NCBI GenBank assembly: GCA_963809345.1
Contig: CAWEJF010000013.1
Coordinates: forward strand, 57,155-121,154
Reading direction: 5' to 3'
Origin: Candidatus Aminicenantes bacterium
GTDB lineage: Bacteria; Acidobacteriota; Aminicenantia; Aminicenantales; Saccharicenantaceae
Length of the DNA stretch: 64,000 bases
Shown: one piece after another, positions 40,013 through 49,178 of the stretch
Position numbering within the stretch: position 1 is the stretch's first letter
How the letters are laid out: each line of letters begins with the position of its first letter
Translations under genes and position numbers: made by a program
The notes under the pieces: model-generated
Told to the model about the DNA's origin: nothing
The model's database searches: none
Seen by the model: only the letters and a program-made list of their open reading frames with translations

Positions 40013-40100
40013 GTCCTTTGGGAGGATTTCCGGCCCTCAGTATAGAATTCCCGGCGGGATTAGTCAATTTTCGGGAGGAAAATGGGGACGCTTCTGTTTT

Positions 40101-41045
40101 TCAAGCCGAGCGCGTGATCGGACGGGTCAGGCAGGTCGGCCCGCCGGCGCCCTTGACGGAGATCTCCATCCCTTCATAGCTCAGGACCTCGATGCCGGCC
40201 TTCGCGAGGAGCGCGGCAGTCCCCGGATTACCGGCCAGGGCCAGGCATTTTCCCGGAGCGAGGGCCAGGACGTTCGTGGCCATGGCCGCATACTCGCCGT
40301 CCGGGACCTCGAGGAGCCGGGATCCCATGTCAAGAAGACGCTTGCGGAACGGCACGGGGAGAAGGCGGGAGTAGACGAGAAGGACCCGCTCGTCCACGGG
40401 GCTGAGCATGGACATCAAGTGGAGGACGTCCCCCGGGCCGTCCCAATGGGGAAGAGGCACTTCGATGACCTCGACGCCGTCCCGAGCGACGATCGTCGCG
40501 AATTGCCGGATGCCCTCGGCGTTTGTCCGGTAGCCATGGCCGACGGCGACCGCTCCGCCATCGAGCCAAACGACATCGCCGCCCTCCAGCGTTCCGGGTT
40601 CCCGGATCTCGCCGGCGACAGGCCAGCCGATCTTGTCACAATATTTCTTGATCGCCGCCGGCTCTCCCCGCCGGGGTTCTTTCCCCATCCGGCAGAGGAC
40701 GATACCGCCCGGTGCGACGCATGCCGCGTCACGGACATAGATCGAGTCGAGGCCCGTCCGCGTGTCGGCGGGGAGGAAGCGGACGTCGGTCGCGAACCGC
40801 TTCAGGATCGCGACGAACGCGTCGTACTCGGCGCAAGCCCTTTCAAAATCGGGCTGCGCCGGGTAGCCAAGGTCTTCCCACTGGCCCGCGACATTCCTCT
40901 GGTCGAGCCAAGCTTCGCGCGGGTGTTTGAGGAGGAGCTCCCGGATCGGGGCGACCTCAGAAGCCACGCCGGAGCGCCCGTGTTCGTTTTTCACACCGCA
41001 GCTCCTTTCCTTGAACGAACGCATCTTATCCCCGCTGGACGTCAC
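40101..41045 (-). CDS. Amidinotransferase/DDAH-superfamily protein (dimethylarginine dimethylaminohydrolase-like)
   Basis: Pentein-fold motifs, e.g. ...DSIYVRDAA...GGDVVWLDGG...C-terminal GGPTCLTRPI. The start codon is uncertain; an internal Met is possible. Confidence 0.6.
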   Translation of the reverse strand: MTSSGDKMRSFKERSCGVKNEHGRSGVASEVAPIRELLLKHPREAWLDQRNVAGQWEDLGYPAQPDFERACAEYDAFVAILKRFATDVRFLPADTRTGLDSIYVRDAACVAPGGIVLCRMGKEPRRGEPAAIKKYCDKIGWPVAGEIREPGTLEGGDVVWLDGGAVAVGHGYRTNAEGIRQFATIVARDGVEVIEVPLPHWDGPGDVLHLMSMLSPVDERVLLVYSRLLPVPFRKRLLDMGSRLLEVPDGEYAAMATNVLALAPGKCLALAGNPGTAALLAKAGIEVLSYEGMEISVKGAGGPTCLTRPITRSA

Positions 41046-41337
41046 AGTAAAGGCCCCTGTTGCCAGCCCCCATGAAATCGGCTACCATCCCGCTCAAATG
41101 ACATCGAACCGGGCCTGCCCCGTGGACCCTCTCCGTTCTCGCCAGGAGCGCTTCTCCTCCGCAGAGCCTGGCCGTTCGGCGCGGCCTTGAGTCGCCGACG
41201 CTTTGCTTGCGGACAGCCTTTCGGGTCCGGCATGAATGTCAAGATGCTGAAAATAAATAAGTTGGACAGGCGCCGATGTTTTTTGTGGATTTTCTGGACA
41301 AGATGCGATAAAATCCTTCGACAAATAGGAGGTCAAC

Positions 41338-42585
41338 ATGAAAACAATCTCTCGGATGCTCCTTATCGTGGCGCTGGCCGTGGGCCTGACGACAGGCCTC
41401 TCCGGCAACGGGCTCAACCTGAACGGCTCGGGCGCCAAATCCGACGCCATGGGCGGCGCCTTCGTCGGCCTGGCCAACGATTTCAGCGCGGCCTTCTGGA
41501 ATCCGGGCGGCCTGGCCCAGCTCACCAAGGCGGGCTTCTCCCTTTACGGCGCGGACATCCTGCCCCAGGGGTCTTATGTGCTCGCCCCGTACGGGATCGA
41601 CGCCAAGTCGACCCCCAAGCACTACCTCATCCCGGGCCTGGGCTATTTCCAGCCTCTCGGCGATCGGGTCGTCGTGGGCATCTATGTCTATGCCCCGTCG
41701 GGGGCCGGCGCGGACTGGGACGGCACCGACCTGGCCGCCCTCTCCGGCGGCAAGCCTTTCAAGTGGCACAGCATGCTCGGGATCTTCACCGCTTCGCCCT
41801 CCATCGCGGTCAAGCTCACCGACCAGATCATGCTCGGCGGCACGCTGGATTTCAACTACGGCATGCTCACGATGGATCAGCCGTTCGCCCTGGGCCAGTA
41901 TTCGGAGAAGCTGAAGGGCCTGGCCGTCGGTGGGACGTTCGGCCTGCTCGTCAAACCCGTCAAGCAGTTCAGCTTCGGTGTGACCTATAGGCTGCCCTTC
42001 ACCGCCAAGCTCAAGGGTGACGTCACGATCCCGTTCGCGACTGTTGTGCCGGGCATCACCTCGACCACGGACCACGGGACGCGCCAGGCGGGCTGGCCAT
42101 CGTGGCTCGCCGGCGGCATCGCCATCAAGCCCACCGACAAGCTGACCATCACGGCGGACGTCCAGTACACCAACTGGAAGAAGATGCAGACGATCCCGAT
42201 CAGTTTCGAGGACCCGGTCTGGAACGCCGTTTTTGGCGAAGGCGGCAGCCAAGACCGGACCGATGAGCTGCTCTGGAAAAACACGACAATGCTCCGTTTC
42301 GGGGCCGAATACCTCGTCACCGACACTCTCGCCCTTCGGGCCGGTTATACCAATGACCCGAATCCGGGCCCCATCGCAACCGAGAACATCCTGCTCCCCG
42401 AGTTCAAGTACAACTGGTTCACGTTCGGCTTCGGCTACAATTCGAGGTCCTTCACCGTCAATGCCGCCCTTCAGTATGGCAAGGGCGACAATGTCGACGT
42501 TCCTCTGGTCGGAGACAACGCGATGCCCGGCCTCCATGGCATGAAGATGTGGGTGCCGAGCCTCGACTTCACCTACAAGTTCTAA
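41338..42585 (+). CDS. Outer-membrane transport protein of the OMPP1/FadL/TodX family
   Basis: RBS aggagg. Signal peptide, Gly/aromatic-rich beta-strand pattern, C-terminal ...FTYKF. Confidence 0.7.
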   Translation: MKTISRMLLIVALAVGLTTGLSGNGLNLNGSGAKSDAMGGAFVGLANDFSAAFWNPGGLAQLTKAGFSLYGADILPQGSYVLAPYGIDAKSTPKHYLIPGLGYFQPLGDRVVVGIYVYAPSGAGADWDGTDLAALSGGKPFKWHSMLGIFTASPSIAVKLTDQIMLGGTLDFNYGMLTMDQPFALGQYSEKLKGLAVGGTFGLLVKPVKQFSFGVTYRLPFTAKLKGDVTIPFATVVPGITSTTDHGTRQAGWPSWLAGGIAIKPTDKLTITADVQYTNWKKMQTIPISFEDPVWNAVFGEGGSQDRTDELLWKNTTMLRFGAEYLVTDTLALRAGYTNDPNPGPIATENILLPEFKYNWFTFGFGYNSRSFTVNAALQYGKGDNVDVPLVGDNAMPGLHGMKMWVPSLDFTYKF

Positions 42586-42600
42586 GCGCTCGCTTCTCCC

Positions 42601-42634
42601 GTCCGGGCCCTTTCCCCGCGGAAAGGGCCCGGAC
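42601..42634 (+). terminator. Perfect 13-bp-stem hairpin downstream of the FadL-like gene (GTCCGGGCCCTTT-CCCCGCGG-AAAGGGCCCGGAC)
   Basis: Stable GC hairpin 16 nt after the stop codon. No U-tract, which is common in high-GC genomes. Confidence 0.4.
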
Positions 42635-42768
42635 GTCCTTCCCCCGTCCAAATTGACCCCTTCCGCGGCTTTGTGATATAAGCCGTCTTGGCATCGGACG
42701 TCCGGTCCCATGAAGACACCCATCACCCCCGCCTGCCATCAAAACTCTCCGATAAGGAAGGACTGAAC

Positions 42769-44163
42769 ATGGACGAAACGAAGAAGATCCCCTTGTCCGC
42801 CGAATCCTCCTGGAGCCGGCGGAAATTTCTGGGCGCGGCCTCGACCGCCGCGGCCGGGATCATGATCGTCCCCCGCCACGTCGTCGGGGCGACGCAGAAG
42901 AAGAAGGCGCCGAGCGACACGCTCAATATCGCCTGCGTCGGCGTCGGCGGGATGGGCTTCTCGGACACCCGCGGCGTCCGCTCGGAGAACATCGTCGCCC
43001 TCTGCGACGTCGACGACGAGAGCGTCGCCAACCTTCTCCGCTCCGAAGAGCTCGAGCCGGCCGAGAAGGCCATGTACGAGAAGGCGGCCAAGTACCGTGA
43101 CTTCCGGCGCATGCTGGAGAAGGAAAAGGTCATCGACGCGATCACCGTGACGACGCCCGACCACAATCACGCCGTCATCGCCATGGCCGCCATCAAGCTG
43201 GGCAAGCATGTGTATGTCCAGAAGCCGCTGACCCACACCATCAAGGAAGCCCGGCTCCTGGCCAAGGCCGCCAAGGAAGCCCATGTCGTCACACAGATGG
43301 GCAACCAGGGCCATTCGAAGGAAGGCGCGCGCCTCGTCTGCGAGTGGATCTGGGACGGCGCCATCGGGGACGTTTTCGAGGTTCACTGCTGGACGGACCG
43401 GCCGATCTGGCCCCAGGGCGTCGACGCGCCGACCGAGATCCCTTCCGTGCCTTCGACGCTCGATTGGGACGTCTGGCTCGGCCCGGCCCCCTTCCGGCCC
43501 TACCATCCCGCCTATCATCCTTTCAAGTGGCGCGGACTCTGGGACTTCGGCACCGGGGCCCTCGGCGATATGGGCGCCCATATCATGGACCAGCCGTTCT
43601 GGGCCCTCAAGCTCAAGTACCCGACCGGCGTCCAGGCTTCGTCCACGGTCTTCACGAAGGACTATGCCCCACGGGCCGAGGTCGTGACCTATGAGTTCGC
43701 TGCCCGCGAAGGGATGGTCCCGCTGACCTTGACCTGGTGGGACGGCGGGCTCATGCCGCCGCGGCCGGCCGAGCTCGAGCCCGGCCGGATGATGGGCGAC
43801 GAGGGCGGCGGCTGCCTCTTCCGCGGCACCAAGGGCCTCCTGATGTGCAGCACCTACGGCGAGAATCCCCGCCTCATCCCCGAAACCCGCATGCAGGACT
43901 TCAAGCGTCCGGCCAAGACGATCCCCCGCTCGCCCGGCATCCGCGAGGAGTGGATCGAAGCCATCAAGAAGGGCAACACGTCGACGACCGACTTCGCCTA
44001 TTCCGGACTGTTGACCGAGACGATGCTGCTCGCCAACGTGGCCGTCCGACTCAAGGACAAGAACATGAAGCTCCTCTGGGACGGCGAGAAGATGGAGTTC
44101 ACCAACCTCCCCGAGGCCAACGAGCTCCTGCACTTCCCGTACCGGCCCGGCTGGAGCCTGTAA
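42769..44163 (+). CDS. Gfo/Idh/MocA-family oxidoreductase with a twin-arginine (Tat) signal
   Basis: RBS aaggaagga. SRRKFLGAASTAAAG Tat motif. Rossmann GxGxxG (CVGVGGMG)...EKP-type motif (VYVQKPL). Confidence 0.85.
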   Translation: MDETKKIPLSAESSWSRRKFLGAASTAAAGIMIVPRHVVGATQKKKAPSDTLNIACVGVGGMGFSDTRGVRSENIVALCDVDDESVANLLRSEELEPAEKAMYEKAAKYRDFRRMLEKEKVIDAITVTTPDHNHAVIAMAAIKLGKHVYVQKPLTHTIKEARLLAKAAKEAHVVTQMGNQGHSKEGARLVCEWIWDGAIGDVFEVHCWTDRPIWPQGVDAPTEIPSVPSTLDWDVWLGPAPFRPYHPAYHPFKWRGLWDFGTGALGDMGAHIMDQPFWALKLKYPTGVQASSTVFTKDYAPRAEVVTYEFAAREGMVPLTLTWWDGGLMPPRPAELEPGRMMGDEGGGCLFRGTKGLLMCSTYGENPRLIPETRMQDFKRPAKTIPRSPGIREEWIEAIKKGNTSTTDFAYSGLLTETMLLANVAVRLKDKNMKLLWDGEKMEFTNLPEANELLHFPYRPGWSL

Positions 44164-44186
44164 TTCAAGATGCGGACGAGGGGCTT

Positions 44187-44954
44187 ATGAGATGCGCGAT
44201 CCGAATGAACCGTGGATCCCTCTTGATCGCGGCGGGGATCCTCTTTGCCTTTACCGCCCTCGCCGCAGCCCAGGACCAGTGGCCGATCCATGACCTGAGC
44301 CGGCCCTTGCCTCCGGTCGTGACGCCCGGACCGGCCGGGCCGCCCGTTGCCCCGCCGTCCGACGCCGTTGTTCTTTTCGATGGTCACGGCCTCGGGCAAT
44401 GGACGGACGCCAAGGGCCAGCCGGCGAAATGGAAGGTCGAGAACGGTTACATGGAAGTCGTCCCGAAGACGGGCGGCATCCGCACGGTCAAGGACTTCGG
44501 CGACTGTCAGCTCCACGTCGAGTGGATGGCCCCGTCCCCGGCCCGGGGCACGGGCCAGGACCGCGGCAACAGCGGCGTCTTTCTCATGGAGCTTTACGAA
44601 GTCCAGGTCCTCGACGGCTATGAGAACAGAACTTATGCCGACGGAACGGCCGCGGCCATCTACGGCCAGTACCCGCCGCTCGTCAACGCCTGCCGGCCGC
44701 CAGGCGAGTGGCAGACCTATGACATCGTCTTTCACAGGCCGCGCTTCGACAAGGACGGCCGGGTCCTCGCTCCGGCCCGGATGACGGTATTCCACAACGG
44801 GCTTCTCGTCCACGAGTGCGCCGCCCTGACGGGGCCGACGGCCAACAAGGCCCGGCCGCCCTACAAGATGCACGCGGACAAGCTCCCCATCTCACTGCAA
44901 GACCACGACCACCCGGTCCGCTTCCGGACGATCTGGCTGCGCGAGCTCGAGTGA
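44187..44954 (+). CDS. DUF1080 (3-keto-disaccharide hydrolase / LamG-like) domain protein, secreted
   Basis: Signal peptide, then ...[19 protein letters not shown]...[17 protein letters not shown]...[12 protein letters not shown] pattern typical of DUF1080. Confidence 0.7.
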   Translation: MRCAIRMNRGSLLIAAGILFAFTALAAAQDQWPIHDLSRPLPPVVTPGPAGPPVAPPSDAVVLFDGHGLGQWTDAKGQPAKWKVENGYMEVVPKTGGIRTVKDFGDCQLHVEWMAPSPARGTGQDRGNSGVFLMELYEVQVLDGYENRTYADGTAAAIYGQYPPLVNACRPPGEWQTYDIVFHRPRFDKDGRVLAPARMTVFHNGLLVHECAALTGPTANKARPPYKMHADKLPISLQDHDHPVRFRTIWLRELE

Positions 44955-44965
44955 AGGGATCGACC

Positions 44966-45760
44966 ATGAAGAGGACCGTTCCGCTTGCCTTGGCCGTAGC
45001 TGTCATCGCCGGATCCATCGTCTGTTCGGACGCCGCTGTCCAGGCCCCCAACAAGGAAAGGTCCGCCCTCATCGTCTGGGGCGGCTGGGAGGGCCACGAG
45101 CCCAAGCCTTGCGTCGACATCTTCGCTCCCTGGCTCGAGAGCCAGGGCTTCAAGGTCGAGATCTCCCATACCCTCGACGCTTATCTCGATCTCGGGAAGC
45201 TCAAGACGCTCGACCTCATCGTCCACATCTTCACGATGTCCGATATCACACCCGACCAGGAGAAGAACCTCGAAGAGGCGGTGAGGAGCGGGGTGGGCCT
45301 GGCCGGCTGGCACGGCGGCCTCGGCGATGCCCATCGCTCGGCGGTCGAGTACCAGTTCATGGTCGGCGGCCAGTGGGTCGCCCACCCGGGCGGCGTCATC
45401 GACTACGATGTCGACATCACCAACCCCGACGACCCCATCACCAAGGGCCTCAAGCGGCGCTTCCACATGAAGTCGGAACAGTACTTCATGCACGTCGATC
45501 CCGGCAACGACGTCCTGGCGACCACGACCTTCACGGGCGAGCACGCCGCTTGGATCGCGGGCGAGGTCATGCCCGTCGTCTGGAAGAAGATGTACGGCAA
45601 GGGACGCGTATTCTACACCTCGCTCGGCCACGTCGCGGCCGACTTCAGCGTCCCCGAGGCCCGAGAGATCGTCAACCGGGGGCTCCTCTGGGCGGCGCGG
45701 GTCATGGGTGACGATCCGGGGAAGATGGACATCTACGCGCCGTTGCTGAAGAAGAAATAA
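44966..45760 (+). CDS. ThuA-domain protein (trehalose-utilisation-like, GATase1 fold), secreted
   Basis: Signal peptide. ...[12 protein letters not shown]...GWHGGLGDA...FYTSLGH motifs of ThuA family. Confidence 0.7.
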   Translation: MKRTVPLALAVAVIAGSIVCSDAAVQAPNKERSALIVWGGWEGHEPKPCVDIFAPWLESQGFKVEISHTLDAYLDLGKLKTLDLIVHIFTMSDITPDQEKNLEEAVRSGVGLAGWHGGLGDAHRSAVEYQFMVGGQWVAHPGGVIDYDVDITNPDDPITKGLKRRFHMKSEQYFMHVDPGNDVLATTTFTGEHAAWIAGEVMPVVWKKMYGKGRVFYTSLGHVAADFSVPEAREIVNRGLLWAARVMGDDPGKMDIYAPLLKKK

Positions 45761-45810
45761 GGTTCTGCCCCCGTTTCCGGCCCAGGCATCTCTTCGGCTA
45801 CGCAACGGAT

Positions 45811-45905
45811 ATCGCCCCTGGCCCCCGCGCCCCGGAAACCTGCGAATCCGGTTTCCCCCGCCTCCGGCGGGTCCCCCTTCCATCACGGGGTCTTTGGGGC
45901 GACAT
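45811..45905 (-). repeat. Structured GC-rich repeat element, copy D (reverse orientation)
   Basis: Its reverse complement is nearly identical to copies A and B, including termini GGGATGTCGC...GCGATATCC. Confidence 0.8.
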
Positions 45906-45971
45906 CCCTTGCCGCCTCACGATGGCCTTTCCCGGAAACGGGAGTTTAGCCGGAAATAGGCGAGGCGGGCC

Positions 45972-47546
45972 TCAGGGCCCGCGGCGGACGAAGAGGGACA
46001 GCACGACCTCAGGGCGGAGGCCGTAAAATGTCTGTGCGTACCCCGCCCCGAGCCCAGCGGCGATTTCGTCGGCGAAAGCCGCGGCGGAGATGACCACGGC
46101 CGCCTGGCCGGGCGGGACGTCCCGCCTCGCGGCCTCCACACTTGTCCAATAGCCGACCCGTCCGAACTTCCGGAGATACCAAGGCAGGGGCCATGTTTCC
46201 TCGGGGGGGGCGACGACCTCGATGAGCAGGTCGCGTTTCTCGGGTGCCGCTGCCGCCGTCTTCTCCACCGCGGCGATGAGCTTGAGGAAGTCCGGGCTCG
46301 TCTGGCCGTAGGCGTAAGGGTTCGCCGGGTCCGCCGGGTCTTTGAAATTCGCCCGATGATCCTGACGTGCCAGGTCGGCGAAACCCGGCACGAGGATGAC
46401 CAGGATGAGGACCTTGACCAGCTTGAAGCGGCTGATCCTCAGGAGGAGCGCGACGCCATTTCCGGCCAAGATGACGAGGCCGAGATAGAAGGGGAGCATG
46501 TTCCAAGGGGTCTTGTACGGAATGAGACTGAAGACGGCCGCCGTGATGATAGTGAAAAAGAGGATGAAGCGGAGGAAGCGGGGGCTGCCATCCCGGCCCG
46601 CGTCGCGCCCCAAGGCGGCGATGCCGCCGGCCACGGCGAGGAAAAGGAGGAAGGCCTCGCTCCAGACCGGGCCGCCGGCCGTCTTCGAATAGGCCAGCGT
46701 TTGGAAATAGTAGTTCCACGGGTGGGCGTGGACGCCGGCATGGCCGGCGCGGTCGAACGACGCGACGATGGCCCGGATCGAATCGGCCAGTCCCTGGGGG
46801 TTGTGGAAGAACGAGGTGTAGAGGAGGACGGCGGTCGCGGCGCCGGCGGCGAGGAAGAGCATGGCGTGAACGGCGGAGGGGAGCTTCGTCCGGGCGTCCC
46901 TCCAAACCCAGCCGCCCGCGGCCGTGACGACCCCGTGGCGATGCGTCCCGATTCTTTCGACGAGCGAGAGGAGCGCGAATGCCGCGGCCAGACCGGCGAA
47001 GAGAATGAGGCTCGTTTCTTTCGTGGCGTACATCAGCCCTGCCGCGGCCCCGGCCGCGAGGGCCCAGAGGGCGGAGCGTTTCTTCGCATACCTCCACCCG
47101 GCGCCGATGAGCGCCGCGAGAAAGAAGACGAGCAGCGTCTCCTGGATGTAAAAGCGGCTGTAGTAGGTCAGGGCCGGCGAGACGGCGGCCAGGGCCGCTG
47201 CCGCGAGCGTCGCCTCCCGCGAGAGCCCTCCCGCGAAGAGAAGGAAGAGGAGCAGCAAGGCGGCGCCGGCGAGGGCCGGGACGAGTCGGAGGACCCGCTC
47301 ATCGAGCCCGGCCAGGGTCGTCTCGCGAGCTGCCCAGGCCGCGGGCAAGGTCAGGTAATAGAGGCTCGGCCCGTGGTGGTCCTTGGGGTCGAAGCGATAG
47401 TCGCCCCGCTCAAGAAGGTCCCCGAACTTGACGGCCTGGTTGGCCTCGTCGGCGTGCATAGGCCGGAGGTCCAGGCGGACGGTGCGGAAGGCGATGGCGC
47501 CGAGGAGGGCGCAGAGGAAGAGACCCCGGAAGGCCTTTTTCGTCAT
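45972..47546 (-). CDS. Polytopic membrane glycosyltransferase, GT39/ArnT/PMT-like (TIGR03663-like)
   Basis: About 12 TM helices with an N-terminal D/E-containing loop (RPMHADEANQ). Start ATGA-overlaps the upstream gene stop. Confidence 0.6.
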   Translation of the reverse strand: MTKKAFRGLFLCALLGAIAFRTVRLDLRPMHADEANQAVKFGDLLERGDYRFDPKDHHGPSLYYLTLPAAWAARETTLAGLDERVLRLVPALAGAALLLLFLLFAGGLSREATLAAAALAAVSPALTYYSRFYIQETLLVFFLAALIGAGWRYAKKRSALWALAAGAAAGLMYATKETSLILFAGLAAAFALLSLVERIGTHRHGVVTAAGGWVWRDARTKLPSAVHAMLFLAAGAATAVLLYTSFFHNPQGLADSIRAIVASFDRAGHAGVHAHPWNYYFQTLAYSKTAGGPVWSEAFLLFLAVAGGIAALGRDAGRDGSPRFLRFILFFTIITAAVFSLIPYKTPWNMLPFYLGLVILAGNGVALLLRISRFKLVKVLILVILVPGFADLARQDHRANFKDPADPANPYAYGQTSPDFLKLIAAVEKTAAAAPEKRDLLIEVVAPPEETWPLPWYLRKFGRVGYWTSVEAARRDVPPGQAAVVISAAAFADEIAAGLGAGYAQTFYGLRPEVVLSLFVRRGP

Positions 47547-48220
47547 TTGGCCGGGAGACCGTAGACCTCGACCTCCACATAATGGTTCATGTCGTTCGAC
47601 GTGTTGCCGCCGCTGGTGAGACGGACGTAACGGGCCTTGGCGCCCTTGGGATCGAAGAGCTTGCCGTCGAAGGTTTCGATGTACTCCTTGTCCTTGCCCG
47701 CGCCGAGACCGGAGGTGTTGTCGTGGTCGTTGTTGAACACGGTCGTCACGCCGCTGATGAAATCCTTGTCGTCGGAGACCTGGACGATGACGTCTCGATA
47801 GACGCGGGCTTGACTGTGGTAGTGCCAGGCGACGATGGCCGAGAGCTCCTGGGACTTGCCGAGGTCGATCTGGACCCACTGGAGCATGGGCCCGAGCTCG
47901 ACGTAGTAGCCGTCCTCGCCGGACTTCTTGCCGTCCGTGACGAAGGCGACCTCGCCGATGACGGGCTCCTTGTCACTCGACGTGACGGGCTTGCCCGCGG
48001 AAAGAAGAACGGTGCCGGCGGGGACCATGAAGGGCCCGCGGGGCCTGCCGGTGACCATCTCGAGGTTGGGGGTGCGGATGTTCTTGGGCGTGCCGACGAA
48101 CATCGGCTTGGGAAGCTGGATCTTCAGGACCTCTTTCCCGGTGTCCTGGGCGAGGCCGGCCGGGGCCAGGACGGCCAGGCCGAGGCCGAGGATCGCTATG
48201 CCGCTGAGCCACTTCTTCAT
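47543..48220 (-). CDS. Secreted F5/8 type C (discoidin)-like domain protein
   Basis: Signal peptide MKKWLSGIAILGLGLAVLAPAGLA. WVQIDLGKSQELSAIVAWHYH...NHYVEVEVYG pattern of discoidin domains. Confidence 0.55.
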   Translation of the reverse strand: MKKWLSGIAILGLGLAVLAPAGLAQDTGKEVLKIQLPKPMFVGTPKNIRTPNLEMVTGRPRGPFMVPAGTVLLSAGKPVTSSDKEPVIGEVAFVTDGKKSGEDGYYVELGPMLQWVQIDLGKSQELSAIVAWHYHSQARVYRDVIVQVSDDKDFISGVTTVFNNDHDNTSGLGAGKDKEYIETFDGKLFDPKGAKARYVRLTSGGNTSNDMNHYVEVEVYGLPAK

Positions 48221-49167
48221 CGTCTTGGTCTCCTTGTTCTTGAGGGCCACTTGTCCGCCAGCGTGCCCGCGTTGAATATTCTACACGTTTTGGCCCCGGT
48301 TTTCACGAGGGCCCAGACGGCGGGGTGCCGGCCGCAGAAGTCGGCCACCTCCCCGGTCGACATGACCATGAAGGCGGTCGAGAGGGCGTCCGCTGCCGCT
48401 GCGGAGGGGTGCGAGGACCAGGCCGCCGCGTGCCCGGCGGCCGGAAGGCCGGTCCTCGGGTCGAGGACGTGGGCGCCCTTGACCTCTGTCCCCGAGCCGC
48501 TCAGGGAGCGGTTCAGGAGAACGATGCGGCCCGGCCCGGAGGTCGTTCCCGCGGTCGATCCCGCGCCGACCGGCCAGCCGCGTCCCTTCCCGCCGGCCGG
48601 GCCGGCTCCCGCGGCCAGGGCCGTGCTCGTCCCGGCGTGGAGGAGGACGTTCCGGACGTCCCAATCCCAGAGAACGGTCAGGGCCGCGTCCAAGGCGTAG
48701 CCCTTGCCGACGGCCCCGAGGTCGAGGTCGAGAGCGGGGAGGGACGCCCGGCCCTTGGGACGGAGCCGCGTCACCTCGAAGCCCCGGCCGTCGGTGTCGA
48801 CCCGGACGAGCGAAGTCAGAGGCCGTGGCCGGAGGCTCCTTCCGCGAGCCGCCGGCCGCCCGGCCGAAAGATAGTTGATATCGAACGCGCCTCCCGTCTC
48901 GGATTGGACGAAGGCCGAGAGCCCGAGGACTTCGGCCGTCTCGACGCCGACGCGAAGCGATCCGCCGGGCCCGAGCCGCCCGATCCGGCTCGTCTCGCTC
49001 GACGGGTCGAAGCGGCTGAAGAGCCGCTCGAGCCGGTCGATCTCGTCGAAGGCCGCCCGGGCCGCCTGCCCGGCGTAGGCCTCTTCTTTCTCCGCGACGA
49101 AGATCTCGAACGTCGTCGCCATCGCTTCATGGGCGAAGGTGGTGACGCGGAGCTTCTCAGACGGCAC
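48217..49167 (-). CDS. apbE: FAD:protein FMN transferase (ApbE family)
   Basis: ...AMATTFEI...LGAVGKGYALD... ApbE motifs. 4-nt overlap with the downstream gene. Confidence 0.8.
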   Translation of the reverse strand: MPSEKLRVTTFAHEAMATTFEIFVAEKEEAYAGQAARAAFDEIDRLERLFSRFDPSSETSRIGRLGPGGSLRVGVETAEVLGLSAFVQSETGGAFDINYLSAGRPAARGRSLRPRPLTSLVRVDTDGRGFEVTRLRPKGRASLPALDLDLGAVGKGYALDAALTVLWDWDVRNVLLHAGTSTALAAGAGPAGGKGRGWPVGAGSTAGTTSGPGRIVLLNRSLSGSGTEVKGAHVLDPRTGLPAAGHAAAWSSHPSAAAADALSTAFMVMSTGEVADFCGRHPAVWALVKTGAKTCRIFNAGTLADKWPSRTRRPRR

Positions 49168-49178
49168 CTGGAGGGATC

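Noticed and set aside
47543-48250. One-nucleotide discrepancy between my hand count of the discoidin-gene start codon and the ORF-track frame
   Set aside because: Most likely my own position slip within a line. The ORF-track coordinates were kept for genes in 47.5-49.2 kb. It does not affect any call.
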